A stretch of DNA of 64,000 bases from a bacterium. GTDB taxonomy: Bacteria; Patescibacteriota; Minisyncoccia; Phycocordibacterales; CALRBL01. How positions within the stretch are numbered: the first letter of the stretch is position 1; each line of letters opens with the position of its first letter. The notes under the pieces are model-generated. The model was not told the DNA's origin and did not search any database. It saw only the letters and a list, made by a program, of their open reading frames with translations. A program made the translations under genes and the position numbers. The stretch covers positions 111,270 through 175,269 of the forward strand of contig JAIYEG010000010.1 of the NCBI GenBank assembly GCA_027487075.1. The letters are read 5' to 3'. Below, piece by piece: positions 37,589 through 47,992 of the stretch.

Positions 37589-39178
37589 TCACACGTCAAG
37601 CCACTTTCGCACATCGTCTTCAGTGCCACCAACTTTCTTTTTTGGATTAAAAATTCCTTCAGGATCGAATAGGTTCTTTGTTTTTACAAACGCCTCATAT
37701 AATTCATCTCCATAAAACTCACGAAGAAATGGTGTACGGATAATACCATCGCTATGATCAGCGCTCATGTTCCCCTTCACTTTCTTCACCAAGACAAAGA
37801 CATCTCGCGTAAATGCAATAATCTTGTCGGCAACATCTGGATCTTTGAAATTGAAGACGGGGATTATGCGAAGGGCGCCATCGCCAATGTGTCCATGATA
37901 TCCATATGAGATACCATGCTTTTTCATAATAGCAACAAGTTCTTCAATGAATTCATCAAAGTGTGCAACGGGAACAATAATATCTTCGATACACGGCACG
38001 GCTTTGTATCCATCTTCATTGTAATCGCGCATCACTGTGTAGCTGGTGCGACGAATACGCCATGCTGCAGCTGCAATCTCTGGATCTTCTACATATTCAA
38101 ATGACACCTTATGACCTTCAAGAAGTGATGCACATTCTTTTGCCACCTTGTCGGTCTCTTCCTGTGTTTGTTCAGAAAACTGCGCAAGGATGATTGAGCT
38201 TGTTGTTGGATGAATCGCATGTGCAATACGATCAGTATCTGCGGGAGTATTTTTCTTTGCACGGTTGTAGGTATTGATATCAAAGGTCTCCACACCTTCT
38301 GGATGATGCTTCATAACGGTCTTCAAAATAAACGGCATGTCATGAATGGAGTCAATGGAAATAATGAGAAGACGGGTGTATGCAGGAAGAGGCACGAGCT
38401 TGAGCACCGCCTTTGTCACAATCCCCAAGGTTCCCTGCGCCCCCACAAACAGCGGTGTGAGATCAAAGACATCATCTTTCACTAATCGCTCGATGCGGTA
38501 TCCTGATGCTGCTTTTGGTACATCACCTATTGCTTTCTTGAGTTTTTCTCCATATTGCTGATAGATATGGTAGGCATCATCTTGGAGGCGTGCGTAGGGG
38601 GTACGCGCATGGGTCTGCTCAATTCTGAGTGATGGTAATGTTTGTACTACCTGGCCATCAGCCAGCACCACCTCGAGTGCAAGGACATTATCGATCGTTG
38701 CTCCGTAGCGAATACTCTTTTCTCCCGAAGCATTATTACCAATCATACCTCCGATACCACAGATAAGGTGTGAAGACGTGTACGGTGCAAACATCAAACC
38801 ATGCTTAGCAGCTTCTGATTCGATGTCACGGAAGTACGCACCCATTTCTACCACCGCCACCGATGCATCAACATCAACCTCTATCTTGTGCATATACTTG
38901 GTCATGTTGAGCATGATGCCGGTATTAAGTGATCCTCCGCTCATGCACGTACCCCCTGCGCGGACTGATATTGAAGCATGCGGATCGGTCTTTCGTTGCT
39001 CATGCACATACTGCACAGCACGCACCACATCCTGCACATCTTTTGGATAGACGACCGCAGATGGCACTACCTTAAATACACTTGCGTCTTTGGCGTGTTC
39101 TTGCAGCGTCTTATCATCCACTACCACATCGCCTTTAAAATCTTTGATGAACATGAGAATATAATAGCATGTTCTCAT
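37589..39178 (-). CDS. FAD-linked oxidase (GlcD / D-lactate dehydrogenase-like)
   Basis: 529 aa with a FAD_binding_4 region (VRAGGTCMSGGS...) and an FAD-oxidase C-terminal domain. The start could instead be MFIKDF at 39154. Confidence 0.8.
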   Translation of the reverse strand: MRTCYYILMFIKDFKGDVVVDDKTLQEHAKDASVFKVVPSAVVYPKDVQDVVRAVQYVHEQRKTDPHASISVRAGGTCMSGGSLNTGIMLNMTKYMHKIEVDVDASVAVVEMGAYFRDIESEAAKHGLMFAPYTSSHLICGIGGMIGNNASGEKSIRYGATIDNVLALEVVLADGQVVQTLPSLRIEQTHARTPYARLQDDAYHIYQQYGEKLKKAIGDVPKAASGYRIERLVKDDVFDLTPLFVGAQGTLGIVTKAVLKLVPLPAYTRLLIISIDSIHDMPFILKTVMKHHPEGVETFDINTYNRAKKNTPADTDRIAHAIHPTTSSIILAQFSEQTQEETDKVAKECASLLEGHKVSFEYVEDPEIAAAAWRIRRTSYTVMRDYNEDGYKAVPCIEDIIVPVAHFDEFIEELVAIMKKHGISYGYHGHIGDGALRIIPVFNFKDPDVADKIIAFTRDVFVLVKKVKGNMSADHSDGIIRTPFLREFYGDELYEAFVKTKNLFDPEGIFNPKKKVGGTEDDVRKWLDV

Positions 39179-39735
39179 TTGATGCGCCGATGACAGTACT
39201 CCTCAATACCTATGCTCTCACACACCAACCGCTGTTGTATGCTGCGGTAGTCTTTGCAACCGATGTTCCTTACATCCTCATTTCTTTTCTTATCGTCTAC
39301 ATATTTTTTGATCACAAAAAAGCAAGTGAGCGTGGACATGTGGTCTTCACCGCTCTTCTTGCAGGACTCATCGCACGCTATGTGGTGAAGTCGATCATCG
39401 TACTTGGCTACGCCTTCTCACGCCCCTACGTTGCCCTCCAAGACATCACGCTCCTCATTCCCCCTATTCTTTCTGAAGAACATATGAGCTTTCCTTCTGG
39501 ACACATGCTTTTTTTCTTTGCGGTGAGCGCGGTGATGTATACACACAACAAAACTATCGGCACAACATTCTTTATCACCTCTCTTATTGTCGGCAGTGCT
39601 CGTATCATGGCAGGGGTTCATTATCCAAGTGATATTTTCTTTGGGGCACTTATTGGCACCCTCGTGGGCTTTGCTATTACCCGCACCATGTCGTTTTACC
39701 ACTCACACGCAGAGCTTCGAAGGCGTCTCCCCTAA
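39169..39735 (+). CDS. PAP2 family phosphatase
   Basis: 188 aa with the KxxxxxxRP / PSGH / SRxxxxxHxxxD triad (FSRPYV, SFPSGH, GVHYPSD). The start could instead be MTVLLN at 39190. Confidence 0.75.
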   Translation: MFSFDAPMTVLLNTYALTHQPLLYAAVVFATDVPYILISFLIVYIFFDHKKASERGHVVFTALLAGLIARYVVKSIIVLGYAFSRPYVALQDITLLIPPILSEEHMSFPSGHMLFFFAVSAVMYTHNKTIGTTFFITSLIVGSARIMAGVHYPSDIFFGALIGTLVGFAITRTMSFYHSHAELRRRLP

Positions 39736-39745
39736 CTGATACACA

Positions 39746-39777
39746 AAACACCACACGATGAGGTGTGGTGTTTTGAA
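39746..39777. terminator. Bidirectional terminator
   Basis: aaaacaccacacgatgaggtgtggtgtttt. Confidence 0.6.
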
Positions 39778-39793
39778 CTCGTTCTATTAATAA

Positions 39794-39907
39794 TTATTTT
39801 TTCTTTGTTCGAGCAGCTTTTGCGGCGTGCTTGATCGCAAGACGCTTCTTAGTCTTCTTTGACCGTGAAGTCTTATTCTTGGTGTTTACTGACATTCGTT
39901 TTGCCAT
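39794..39907 (-). CDS. 37-aa highly basic small protein
   Basis: MAKRMSVNTKNKTSRSKKTKKRLAIKHAAKAARTKKK*. It lies 18 nt downstream of the DUF1295 gene and is followed by a terminator. It is below the 60-aa cutoff of the ORF track. Confidence 0.4.
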   Translation of the reverse strand: MAKRMSVNTKNKTSRSKKTKKRLAIKHAAKAARTKKK

Positions 39908-39924
39908 GCGCTTATTATATCACG

Positions 39925-40695
39925 CTATTGCTTGGGTGGAAGTGGAAAGAACACACTCGTCGTGCGTCGATACTCGTCATACATAGGATTTTCTCTCATA
40001 CTCTTTTCGAGCATTGGCACACCCGACACTTTGAGGATGAGGAAGGTGATTGTAAGTGGACCAATGACACCAATGATGCCGTAAGGAACAGAGAGCGCTA
40101 TAATCCATATTCCCCACCACATCGTCACTTCACCAAAATAGTTGGGATGACGCGTGTATCGCCACAACCCTGTCGAAAGCACCGTTCCTTTTTTTGAAGG
40201 GTCTGCGAGAAATTGTCTGAGTTGACGATCACCCACTGATTCAAAATAAAATCCTATGATCCACACTACAAGACCTATCACATCCCCGAGTGTGAGCATA
40301 AGCGGACCACGAAACATATTGATGAGAATAACCGGAGTAACAATAAGTAAGAGCAACAATCCCTGCAACATAAATATCTGAACATAACTACGAGACACAA
40401 ACCACTTTCCCCACGAGGCGCGCCATGCTGCATAGCGCTTATCTTCTGACTTGTGAATATTGCGCTTGAAAATATGCCACGCCAAACGTGATCCCCAGAT
40501 CGTGACAAGCGCGGTCACCAGAAGCCCTCGATCAACCTGCATGCCGTACACAACAAAGGTATACACCGCAACCACAATAAACCCGAGCCCCCATGCAATA
40601 TCAGCAACATCATTACGCTTAATCAAAAGCGCAATAAGAAACCACACCGACATGTACACATAGATTAGAAGCGCGCTATCCATACCACAATACAT
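39925..40695 (-). CDS. DUF1295 / steroid-5-alpha-reductase / ICMT-like membrane methyltransferase-fold protein
   Basis: 256 aa, multi-TM, with an RHPNYFGE motif. Confidence 0.65.
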   Translation of the reverse strand: MYCGMDSALLIYVYMSVWFLIALLIKRNDVADIAWGLGFIVVAVYTFVVYGMQVDRGLLVTALVTIWGSRLAWHIFKRNIHKSEDKRYAAWRASWGKWFVSRSYVQIFMLQGLLLLLIVTPVILINMFRGPLMLTLGDVIGLVVWIIGFYFESVGDRQLRQFLADPSKKGTVLSTGLWRYTRHPNYFGEVTMWWGIWIIALSVPYGIIGVIGPLTITFLILKVSGVPMLEKSMRENPMYDEYRRTTSVFFPLPPKQ

Positions 40696-41048
40696 GAAAC
40701 CAGCGATGTAAGAATAGTGCCCCAGATAATATCAAGAATAGTAATGAGGACTGGCCACTCTTTCATAACTGCGTGGTTAGTAAGATCGTACGTTGCATAT
40801 GCCACTAAACCGAAGAACGCACCAGCGAGCGCAACGTGCATAAGACTTGCTCCTGATTTGATCGCTGGTCCTATCACAAAGTGCATCAACCCAGCTGCGT
40901 AGATAAGATAAAAAAGCGCGGCTGGTACAAAATTCGGCGTAGACGCCATCAAGTGACCAAGCTTTGCTTTGTACAAGCCTGCCGTCGAAAAAAGCCACAC
41001 CGCATCAATCACCAAGAAAACCCCAAGAGTTGTTATATATGTGATCAT
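40665..41048 (-). CDS. Small polytopic membrane protein (DUF2177-like)
   Basis: 127 aa with 4 TM helices. Confidence 0.45.
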   Translation of the reverse strand: MITYITTLGVFLVIDAVWLFSTAGLYKAKLGHLMASTPNFVPAALFYLIYAAGLMHFVIGPAIKSGASLMHVALAGAFFGLVAYATYDLTNHAVMKEWPVLITILDIIWGTILTSLVSCIVVWIARF

Positions 41049-41057
41049 ACGTATATC

Positions 41058-41636
41058 TTACCCTCTTTTTCGAATGAATGCAGTCATGAGAGAATTGGTG
41101 ATAATCATCCAGATGGAGTGAAAAGTCGTTGCCACATTGTAGGCATTGAGTGAGAAGAGAGTGAGAATATGACGAAGCACATTCATTTCATAGAGAAGCG
41201 GTTGCTCGGTATGAGGATGTTCCCATGCTTTGCGGAGCGTCGGAATAAAAGCCACCACATCGATGAGCACCACCACGACCACCGAGATGGTCGGATCTCT
41301 TGTTAGTGCCCAGGGAATAAGACCAAGGAGTGCGATAATGAGGAAGATGTGGTCGACTTTTCGAATATGTCCCGCGCGACGCTTGAAGAGATACTTGAGT
41401 GAAAAAATGAAGATGATAATGGTAAAGCCTTCAGCGATACCTGTCGGCAAGGCACCGATCCCTGCCCCTTTTGCAATACCTCCAAAAAAAGTCGTCATCG
41501 ATACAATAGACCAAATAAACCACGTGTATGGATGCGGGATGACTGTTCCTTTAATCACATCACGAAGATACGAGACATTGCCGACAATTGCGAGGAGTGA
41601 GGCGATGATAGCGAAGATAAGTTTGGAGTCAAACAT
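41058..41636 (-). CDS. Hypothetical polytopic membrane protein
   Basis: 192 aa with 5-6 TM helices. Confidence 0.45.
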   Translation of the reverse strand: MFDSKLIFAIIASLLAIVGNVSYLRDVIKGTVIPHPYTWFIWSIVSMTTFFGGIAKGAGIGALPTGIAEGFTIIIFIFSLKYLFKRRAGHIRKVDHIFLIIALLGLIPWALTRDPTISVVVVVLIDVVAFIPTLRKAWEHPHTEQPLLYEMNVLRHILTLFSLNAYNVATTFHSIWMIITNSLMTAFIRKRG

Positions 41637-41653
41637 ACACTTCTACACATGAG

Positions 41654-44600
41654 CTACCACCAAAGTCCTGTAAGACCTGATGCTTTCATCTGCGCGCGAG
41701 TCTTTGGACCGAAGGCGCCTGTTGCTGGAATGATACTATTTTTCTTTTGATATGCTGACAGAGCTGCTGCTGTTTGGGGACCGAAGGTGCCTGTTGCACC
41801 GTTTGGAATAGCAAACCCTTGTGCAATAAGAAGTGCTTGAAGTGCCTTAACATCATCACCTGTCATACCACTGCGAAGATCACGTGTTACTTGTGGAGCA
41901 GTTGATGTTGCGGGAGTTATAGGTGTTGTATTCGCATTCATAATGAACGCTCGTGTCTTAGGGCCGAAATACCCTGAAGCAGGTACGATACCATTTGCTG
42001 CTTGGAACCGCATAAGCGCTTGTCGCGTAAGCTGACCGAAGATTGTTGTCTCATTTCCAACTGAACCTGGTCCTGACGGAGCAATGACGAAGCCTTGTGC
42101 ATTAAGGAATTTTTGTAGCTCTCGCACATCATCACCTGACACACCTAGATCAATATTGCGCGTAAATACTACCGGAGATTGAGATGGTGTAGTTGTGACA
42201 TCTGTACGAGCAGTCACAGCACGTCGACTTCCTGATGTTCTACTCTTTCGAACTTGAGGAGCAGATTCACCACTTACAAAGTCTGGATATCTCCCCACGT
42301 GCATATACCATACAGGAACATTCGCAAAATCCCACTTACCTTGGAACGGACTCTTTGTATCAAGACCGAAGCCTTGGAAGTACTCTGCGTTTGCAACTTT
42401 TGTGGGTTGCACAGCATTAGAATTACCATTGCCTACCTCAAAATTATTAAACCAGAAGTTGTTGGTGATCGTATCACCCGTCTCACCATACCCCACAATA
42501 CCTCCTGTATCATATTCAGGATTAGCAACGATGTCTGAGGTAGAGAATGAATCAGAGATACCCGCATTATCATTGCTTTCACTATATCCTGCAATACCAC
42601 CTGTATTGTAGCCATCATTTATAACTGCGCCCGTGGAATATGCGCGCTCAATAGAGCCCGTATTGTATCCTACAATACCTCCCACATGACTAATTCCTGT
42701 TATGGTACTTGAAGCGTATACATCATGGATCAAACCTGTAGCTCCAAAATTAAATCCTGCAATACCTCCCGCATAATTACGACCTGTTACACTTCCGGTA
42801 AAATATGATGTACGTATCTCTTTACGGTTTTCTCCTACTAGACCTCCCGATGCACCACTCATCGCTTCAACATGTGCCGACGAGTGTGAACCGATAATAG
42901 TACTTCCACCAGACCGAAATGCATCAGCAAATGGTCCTGCGTACGTTCGTGTGTTCCATGTAGTTTGATACTCAATATTCTCAGGAGTAGCAGGATACGG
43001 AGCCATATCACGAGCGTATGTTGTCATACCTCGATATGGCAAGTAGGCAGCAGACTGTCCAAGCTCACCTATATCGCTATACGTTGCATGTTTGTAGAAG
43101 ACATTGTTGAGCAAGATAAAGCTTCGTTCGGTACCTTCGGTAGCAGGAGGAACATACGGGAATTCAATCGACATCTGATCACCGTAGCGCATTACCACGA
43201 AATGGTCATCGGCAGCATTGAGCAATTCTGTAACATTGCCATACTTGGTGAAGTTTCCATATTGATTCACAAATGGAAGTTCTGGAAGCGGTCTCACCTC
43301 ATAATAATCATGGTCATAGAAATGAGTACGATCAATTTTGGTGAATCCATAGTAACCGAGATCAGCACGTTCTGGTGAATGGGTGGTAGCGGTAAATGGA
43401 ATTTGAGGAGATCGATCAACCGCAAAATAATTTGCATTAAACGTATCGAATGCTACTTTTACTTGATACGTATTTGAAAGGAACTTACCTGTAAGATCAA
43501 TAACGCGAAGACGAGGTGTTCCGTCAGAACCAAGCTGACTCTTATTATAAATTTCAACCCACTTTCCTTGTGCGTCTTTTACCTGAATCGAACGTGCTGA
43601 ATTGCCTGGGAATTCTGCAGATGCCGCATAGTCACGCGCACCTCGCATAACAAGTTGGATACTTGATGTTCCCGACAAGTCACCGAAGTCCAGAATAAAT
43701 GACTTACGTAAATTCTTTGGATCATATTGACCTTTCTTATTTGCATAACTCCATTGATCATCGTATGCAGATAATGCCGATGTACAATCGACACCCTTCT
43801 CATCTACGCACGAAATAAGTGGATGAGTCGGTGTATTACTTACACTTCTCAACTGATCAAGTGAAGATACTCTTCCAAGTTGTTCAACGATGGTATAGCC
43901 AGGCTGATGATCAAAGGTCAAAAGCTTAAGCTCATCAAAATACACAATTTCGTTATACTCCTCTCCAATCTTCATGAGATACTTTCCATCTTTTGGTGCC
44001 AGATCTGCGCGATCAATAGAAGCAAGGTCGAGACCATTCAATTCTTTCGGAAGAAGTGAACCAACGTCATTGGTATACACATACTTTGTGCCATTCCATG
44101 TATAGACAAGGGGGCTTGAGTTAGGAAAGCTATTATTTGCAACGTGCACTCCCACAAGTCCTCCTACTCGATATCCTCCTGTCACATTTCCGGTACTATA
44201 TACATTCGTAAGGGTTCCCGATAACCCTCCTGCTACTGCACCGACAGAAGACTCCTCTCCGTAGATACTCACATTCTCTAGACCAAGGTTTTTTACCTCA
44301 GCGCCTGCCGAAATCGTTCTAAAAAGACCTACATAATATCCATCGGGGTCGGACCAATTGATTCCCCGATTGATATACAGGTTGCTAATTTTCTTATTAT
44401 TTCCATCAAAGTGGCCTGTGAAGCTCATGTGGGTAAAGCCTTGATTTACATTATTTCCTACAAACTCAAGGTCTCCAATAGGATTGAATCCTTTATCGTC
44501 AGTCCACTGACTTCCTTCGTTTGCTGGGTTTTCAGGATCTGTCGCCGCACAATCTATGTCGGTCGTAAGAATATAGTATTTATCCAAGAATGATTCATCA

Positions 44601-45454
44601 GAATCGATTGCCTGCAACAACGAACAACTTGAAATCTGATAGGGACTCTCAGCGGTTCCCTCTCCAGAAAATGGCACACTCGCCACAGGCTCAGGAATTT
44701 CGGTGCCTTCTACCGCGACATTATCAACTGCACCATATCGCTCATCAGAAGTACCGAAATATGCACGCACCGCTTCAGCGTTAGTCATATCACTATTTGA
44801 AATATCAGTGATAGTGTGAGTTGTCTTCAGTGGTCCAAGGGTACCACTACTATCTGAAGGATAGATTTCAAAGGTCATATCATACAGGTTATCCGCTCTT
44901 CCGGTGATCTCTAGTCTCATAAACCACCACCCATCAGTCATATCGCCATCAGCCCATGAAAGGTCTTGAAGATTCTGTGCATTACTTACAAAGTTTCCTC
45001 CACCCCCATGAAAAACAATACCGAGACCTCTCACCGCCTTAGGAGTTCCATTCAAAATTCCCCCTGTTCGTCTTGTTGAGAGACCAAGCCCTCCGTATCC
45101 ACCTGAGCCTATATTATTAAAATAACCTTCAATGGTAATAGTTTCATCTATGGCTGGAGCGCTATAGGTAGTGCGTGTTGCCCACACATTTGAAACACCT
45201 GTCACATCGATTGCTGCCGACCCTGCAAGACCTGTACTTGTGGCATAAGTGTAATTAGGACTTACGATAGCTTCACGAAAATCATTACTAAGAAGTTCAG
45301 AGAGATCAGTTCCTTCAAAATCATACAGAGTGTTGGTTTGTGTTGCGTGAGCATGAGAAGTGCCGATGAGCATACTAGGAATCACAAGCATGAGTGCAAG
45401 GACGAGCGACTGTATGTATGTACTAAAAGAACGTGGTAATGACAATGAACGCAT
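41654..45454 (-). CDS. Giant secreted surface protein with GLUG-motif repeats and two C-terminal peptidoglycan-binding (PG_binding_1) domains
   Basis: 1266 aa with a signal peptide. Repeated GG(I/L)(A/V)G...N blocks occur at about 42450-42900. Two copies of (D)LxxGMxGDDVxxLQxxLxAQGF...FGPxTxxAxxxFQ fall in the last 170 aa. Confidence 0.75.
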   Translation of the reverse strand: MRSLSLPRSFSTYIQSLVLALMLVIPSMLIGTSHAHATQTNTLYDFEGTDLSELLSNDFREAIVSPNYTYATSTGLAGSAAIDVTGVSNVWATRTTYSAPAIDETITIEGYFNNIGSGGYGGLGLSTRRTGGILNGTPKAVRGLGIVFHGGGGNFVSNAQNLQDLSWADGDMTDGWWFMRLEITGRADNLYDMTFEIYPSDSSGTLGPLKTTHTITDISNSDMTNAEAVRAYFGTSDERYGAVDNVAVEGTEIPEPVASVPFSGEGTAESPYQISSCSLLQAIDSDESFLDKYYILTTDIDCAATDPENPANEGSQWTDDKGFNPIGDLEFVGNNVNQGFTHMSFTGHFDGNNKKISNLYINRGINWSDPDGYYVGLFRTISAGAEVKNLGLENVSIYGEESSVGAVAGGLSGTLTNVYSTGNVTGGYRVGGLVGVHVANNSFPNSSPLVYTWNGTKYVYTNDVGSLLPKELNGLDLASIDRADLAPKDGKYLMKIGEEYNEIVYFDELKLLTFDHQPGYTIVEQLGRVSSLDQLRSVSNTPTHPLISCVDEKGVDCTSALSAYDDQWSYANKKGQYDPKNLRKSFILDFGDLSGTSSIQLVMRGARDYAASAEFPGNSARSIQVKDAQGKWVEIYNKSQLGSDGTPRLRVIDLTGKFLSNTYQVKVAFDTFNANYFAVDRSPQIPFTATTHSPERADLGYYGFTKIDRTHFYDHDYYEVRPLPELPFVNQYGNFTKYGNVTELLNAADDHFVVMRYGDQMSIEFPYVPPATEGTERSFILLNNVFYKHATYSDIGELGQSAAYLPYRGMTTYARDMAPYPATPENIEYQTTWNTRTYAGPFADAFRSGGSTIIGSHSSAHVEAMSGASGGLVGENRKEIRTSYFTGSVTGRNYAGGIAGFNFGATGLIHDVYASSTITGISHVGGIVGYNTGSIERAYSTGAVINDGYNTGGIAGYSESNDNAGISDSFSTSDIVANPEYDTGGIVGYGETGDTITNNFWFNNFEVGNGNSNAVQPTKVANAEYFQGFGLDTKSPFQGKWDFANVPVWYMHVGRYPDFVSGESAPQVRKSRTSGSRRAVTARTDVTTTPSQSPVVFTRNIDLGVSGDDVRELQKFLNAQGFVIAPSGPGSVGNETTIFGQLTRQALMRFQAANGIVPASGYFGPKTRAFIMNANTTPITPATSTAPQVTRDLRSGMTGDDVKALQALLIAQGFAIPNGATGTFGPQTAAALSAYQKKNSIIPATGAFGPKTRAQMKASGLTGLWW

Positions 45455-45535
45455 ATTTATAAAAATGTAATTTGATAAAACACATCGGCATGATGTTCAT
45501 ACATTATATACATAAATAGATGTGTGTGACAGAGT

Positions 45536-45586
45536 AAAAACCCCGACCATTTCTGGTCGGGGCGGAACAGCGCGAAGCTGTTCCTA
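45536..45586 (-). terminator. Double-hairpin terminator module, copy 1, beginning at the leuA stop codon
   Basis: Minus-strand read TAG-gaacagcttcgcgcgctgttcc-gccccgaccagaaatggtcgggg-ttttt. The same module, differing only in the loop of the first hairpin, follows the 2OG-oxygenase gene at 48241-48298. Confidence 0.6.
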
Positions 45587-47221
45587 TTTTCTGTTCAGCG
45601 CGGAAAGGACCGCACGGATGGACGCCAATGGAATACTCGTATCAACGCCTGCTCCCCACCGGATCGCTCCGTCTTGAAACTGAAGCTTCACATACGAGAT
45701 TGCTTTCGCATCTGCACCACTACCAAGCGCATGCTCAGCTTGATCGAGGATACTCACACCAGTCTCACATCTGCTATTGAAACCACAAACGAATGCATCG
45801 ATTGGACCATTTCCATTCGATGATATTTCGTGACCTTTATACCGATGCGAGACCACTCCCTTGAAGCGACATTCACGTCCGCCTTCATCAAAATGAACTT
45901 CGCCGAGCTTCCACGGATCTGTCCGCGCGACATACTCGTTGAAGAACATAGCTTTCAGATCTGCTGCAGTCGCTTCTCTACCGAGACGATCTATCAAAGG
46001 ACCCGCAATGGCGCCGAATTCCCTCGCCATGTCTTTCGGCAAACGAATACCACAGCCATGTTCGAGCATGTGCGCGATGCCGCCTTTGCCTGACTGTCCG
46101 TTGATGCGGATCAAGCCGTCGCGCGTGCGACCGATGTCCAGCGGATCAATGATGAGATAGGGAACTTCCCATACCACACCTTCGTTCTGCAAGCCTTTGC
46201 GGATTGCATCCTGATGCGATCCGGAGAACGCCGTGAAGACAAGCTCTCCGCTGTATGGCTGGCGCGGTGGCACGGTCATTCCCGTGCATTCCTCATACAC
46301 ATCACGGATCGCATCAAGGTTTGAAAATTCCAAACCAGGATCGATTCCCTGCGTGTACATGTTCAGTGCCACGATGACGATATCGAGATTTCCGGTCCGC
46401 TCTCCGTTTCCAAAGAGCGTTCCTTCTGCCCGATCTGCTCCTGCAAGCAATGCAAGCTCTGTTGCCGCTACACCCGTCCCGCGATCATTGTGCGTATGCA
46501 CACTGATGATAGCCGAGTCGCGCCGCGTCATATGCGTCGCAAACCATTCGATCTGATCTGCATAGACGTTAGGCATGGCCACCTCTACCGTGCACGGAAG
46601 ATTGAGAATCATTCTATGCTCGGGCGTCGGCTGCCACACATCCATCACTGCTTCGCAGACTTCGAGCGCAAACTCCACTTCAGTCGCCGAAAAGCTTTCG
46701 GGCGAATATTGAAAGGTTACATTCGCACCTTGAAGTGCGGCGACGCTTTCTTTGACCCACTTAGTGCCCCGAACTGCCATCGCAATGATGTCCTGCTTTT
46801 CCAAACCGAAGACGATGCGACGCTGTGCTGGCGAGGTGGAGTTGTAGAGATGCATGATGACGTTCTTCGCGCCGACGAGCGACGCGATAGTCGTCTTGAT
46901 GAGTTCCTCACGTGCTTGGACGAGCACTTGGATCGTGACGTCTTCGGGAATGCGCCCTTCTTCGATCAGCTTCCTCACGAATGCGAATTCTGTCGGAGAT
47001 GCTGCCGGAAATCCGACTTCGATTTCTTTGAAACCGCATGCGACGAGTATGTCGAACATCTTCAATTTCTGTTCGACCGTCATGGGAACTGCCAAGGCTT
47101 GGTTGCCATCGCGAAGATCGACGCTGCACCACAAGGGCGCATGCGTGATGCTCTTGTTCGGCCATGTGCGATGCGGAAGATCGATACGCGGAAATGGCAG
47201 ATACTTATGTTGTGGATTCAT
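45584..47221 (-). CDS. leuA: 2-isopropylmalate synthase (long LeuA2-type with C-terminal regulatory domain)
   Basis: 545 aa with a DRE-TIM metallolyase (DLRDGNQA...HTHNDRGTG) and a LeuA-dimer/regulatory C-terminal domain. GC is visibly higher than in the flanks. Confidence 0.85.
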   Translation of the reverse strand: MNPQHKYLPFPRIDLPHRTWPNKSITHAPLWCSVDLRDGNQALAVPMTVEQKLKMFDILVACGFKEIEVGFPAASPTEFAFVRKLIEEGRIPEDVTIQVLVQAREELIKTTIASLVGAKNVIMHLYNSTSPAQRRIVFGLEKQDIIAMAVRGTKWVKESVAALQGANVTFQYSPESFSATEVEFALEVCEAVMDVWQPTPEHRMILNLPCTVEVAMPNVYADQIEWFATHMTRRDSAIISVHTHNDRGTGVAATELALLAGADRAEGTLFGNGERTGNLDIVIVALNMYTQGIDPGLEFSNLDAIRDVYEECTGMTVPPRQPYSGELVFTAFSGSHQDAIRKGLQNEGVVWEVPYLIIDPLDIGRTRDGLIRINGQSGKGGIAHMLEHGCGIRLPKDMAREFGAIAGPLIDRLGREATAADLKAMFFNEYVARTDPWKLGEVHFDEGGRECRFKGVVSHRYKGHEISSNGNGPIDAFVCGFNSRCETGVSILDQAEHALGSGADAKAISYVKLQFQDGAIRWGAGVDTSIPLASIRAVLSALNRK

Positions 47222-47284
47222 ACGAATATTCCTTTCTAAAGAACAACCGAAGTTTAGTTATGACTTTCTTTTGCGCACTCATGT

Positions 47285-47320
47285 AACGCAAAACCAGCTC
47301 CTTCGGTGAAGAGCTGGCTT
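47285..47320 (-). promoter_or_regulatory. Possible leader terminator/attenuator hairpin in the leuA 5' leader
   Basis: Minus-strand ccagctcttcaccgaaggagctgg-ttttgcg lies about 65 nt upstream of the leuA ATG. A 28-codon ORF (47347-47433, MPSQAHNLRTLLNLRTTGGDFACAHTIE) precedes it. Confidence 0.3.
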
Positions 47321-47563
47321 GTATCTATCTATCGTTTTTTCTTCGACTACTCAATAGTATGGGCACAAGCAAAATCTCCACCGGTTGTTCGGAGGTTGAG
47401 CAGGGTTCGAAGATTGTGTGCTTGTGAAGGCATAGGAAAAGAGTAGCGGATTGAGGGTGGGGTGTCAAATGAAAATTATATCTCAAACTAATTTATATAA
47501 AAGAACACCCTGCTCCAGACGAATCTGAAGCAGGGTGCGGGGCCAAGGATCTGTCCGATTGGC

Positions 47564-47992
47564 CTAAACTTTTTTGCGAACGGCCAGGAAACAGCAGAGG
47601 GAAGACCTATCGCAGCCACACCAGAGGAGGCCGAGATAGCGCATCAAGCCATCCCCGCTGAGATACGGGACGCGGAAAAAACCACGGATCTTGCTGACGG
47701 AGCCGAGCGCGAGGATCGGGAACTTATGCTGCTCGTCAGGGTGCTTTGCACCGAAGGCGAGCAGATGCTCCGTTTTCGCCACTTCCCAGCTAGCCTCCTC
47801 GATCAAACGCCCAGCATCCTTCAAAGAGACACGGGGTTCAAAGTGGAAAAGATGGGCTTCCAGCTCTTCCACGCCTTTCCCTTCGATCTGCAAACGCTTG
47901 ACCATGGGATCGTCGATACTCAAGTTGTTGAGATCAGCGGCGATCATCTGTTCGAGCGTCTTCGAGTAATCCACCGAGAGCGTAAAATTCAT
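47564..47992 (-). CDS. Hypothetical protein (GC-rich island)
   Basis: 142-aa ORF with its own downstream hairpin terminator (47506-47537). A 120-aa antisense ORF overlaps it, so the strand choice rests on the start context and the terminator. Confidence 0.4.
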   Translation of the reverse strand: MNFTLSVDYSKTLEQMIAADLNNLSIDDPMVKRLQIEGKGVEELEAHLFHFEPRVSLKDAGRLIEEASWEVAKTEHLLAFGAKHPDEQHKFPILALGSVSKIRGFFRVPYLSGDGLMRYLGLLWCGCDRSSLCCFLAVRKKV

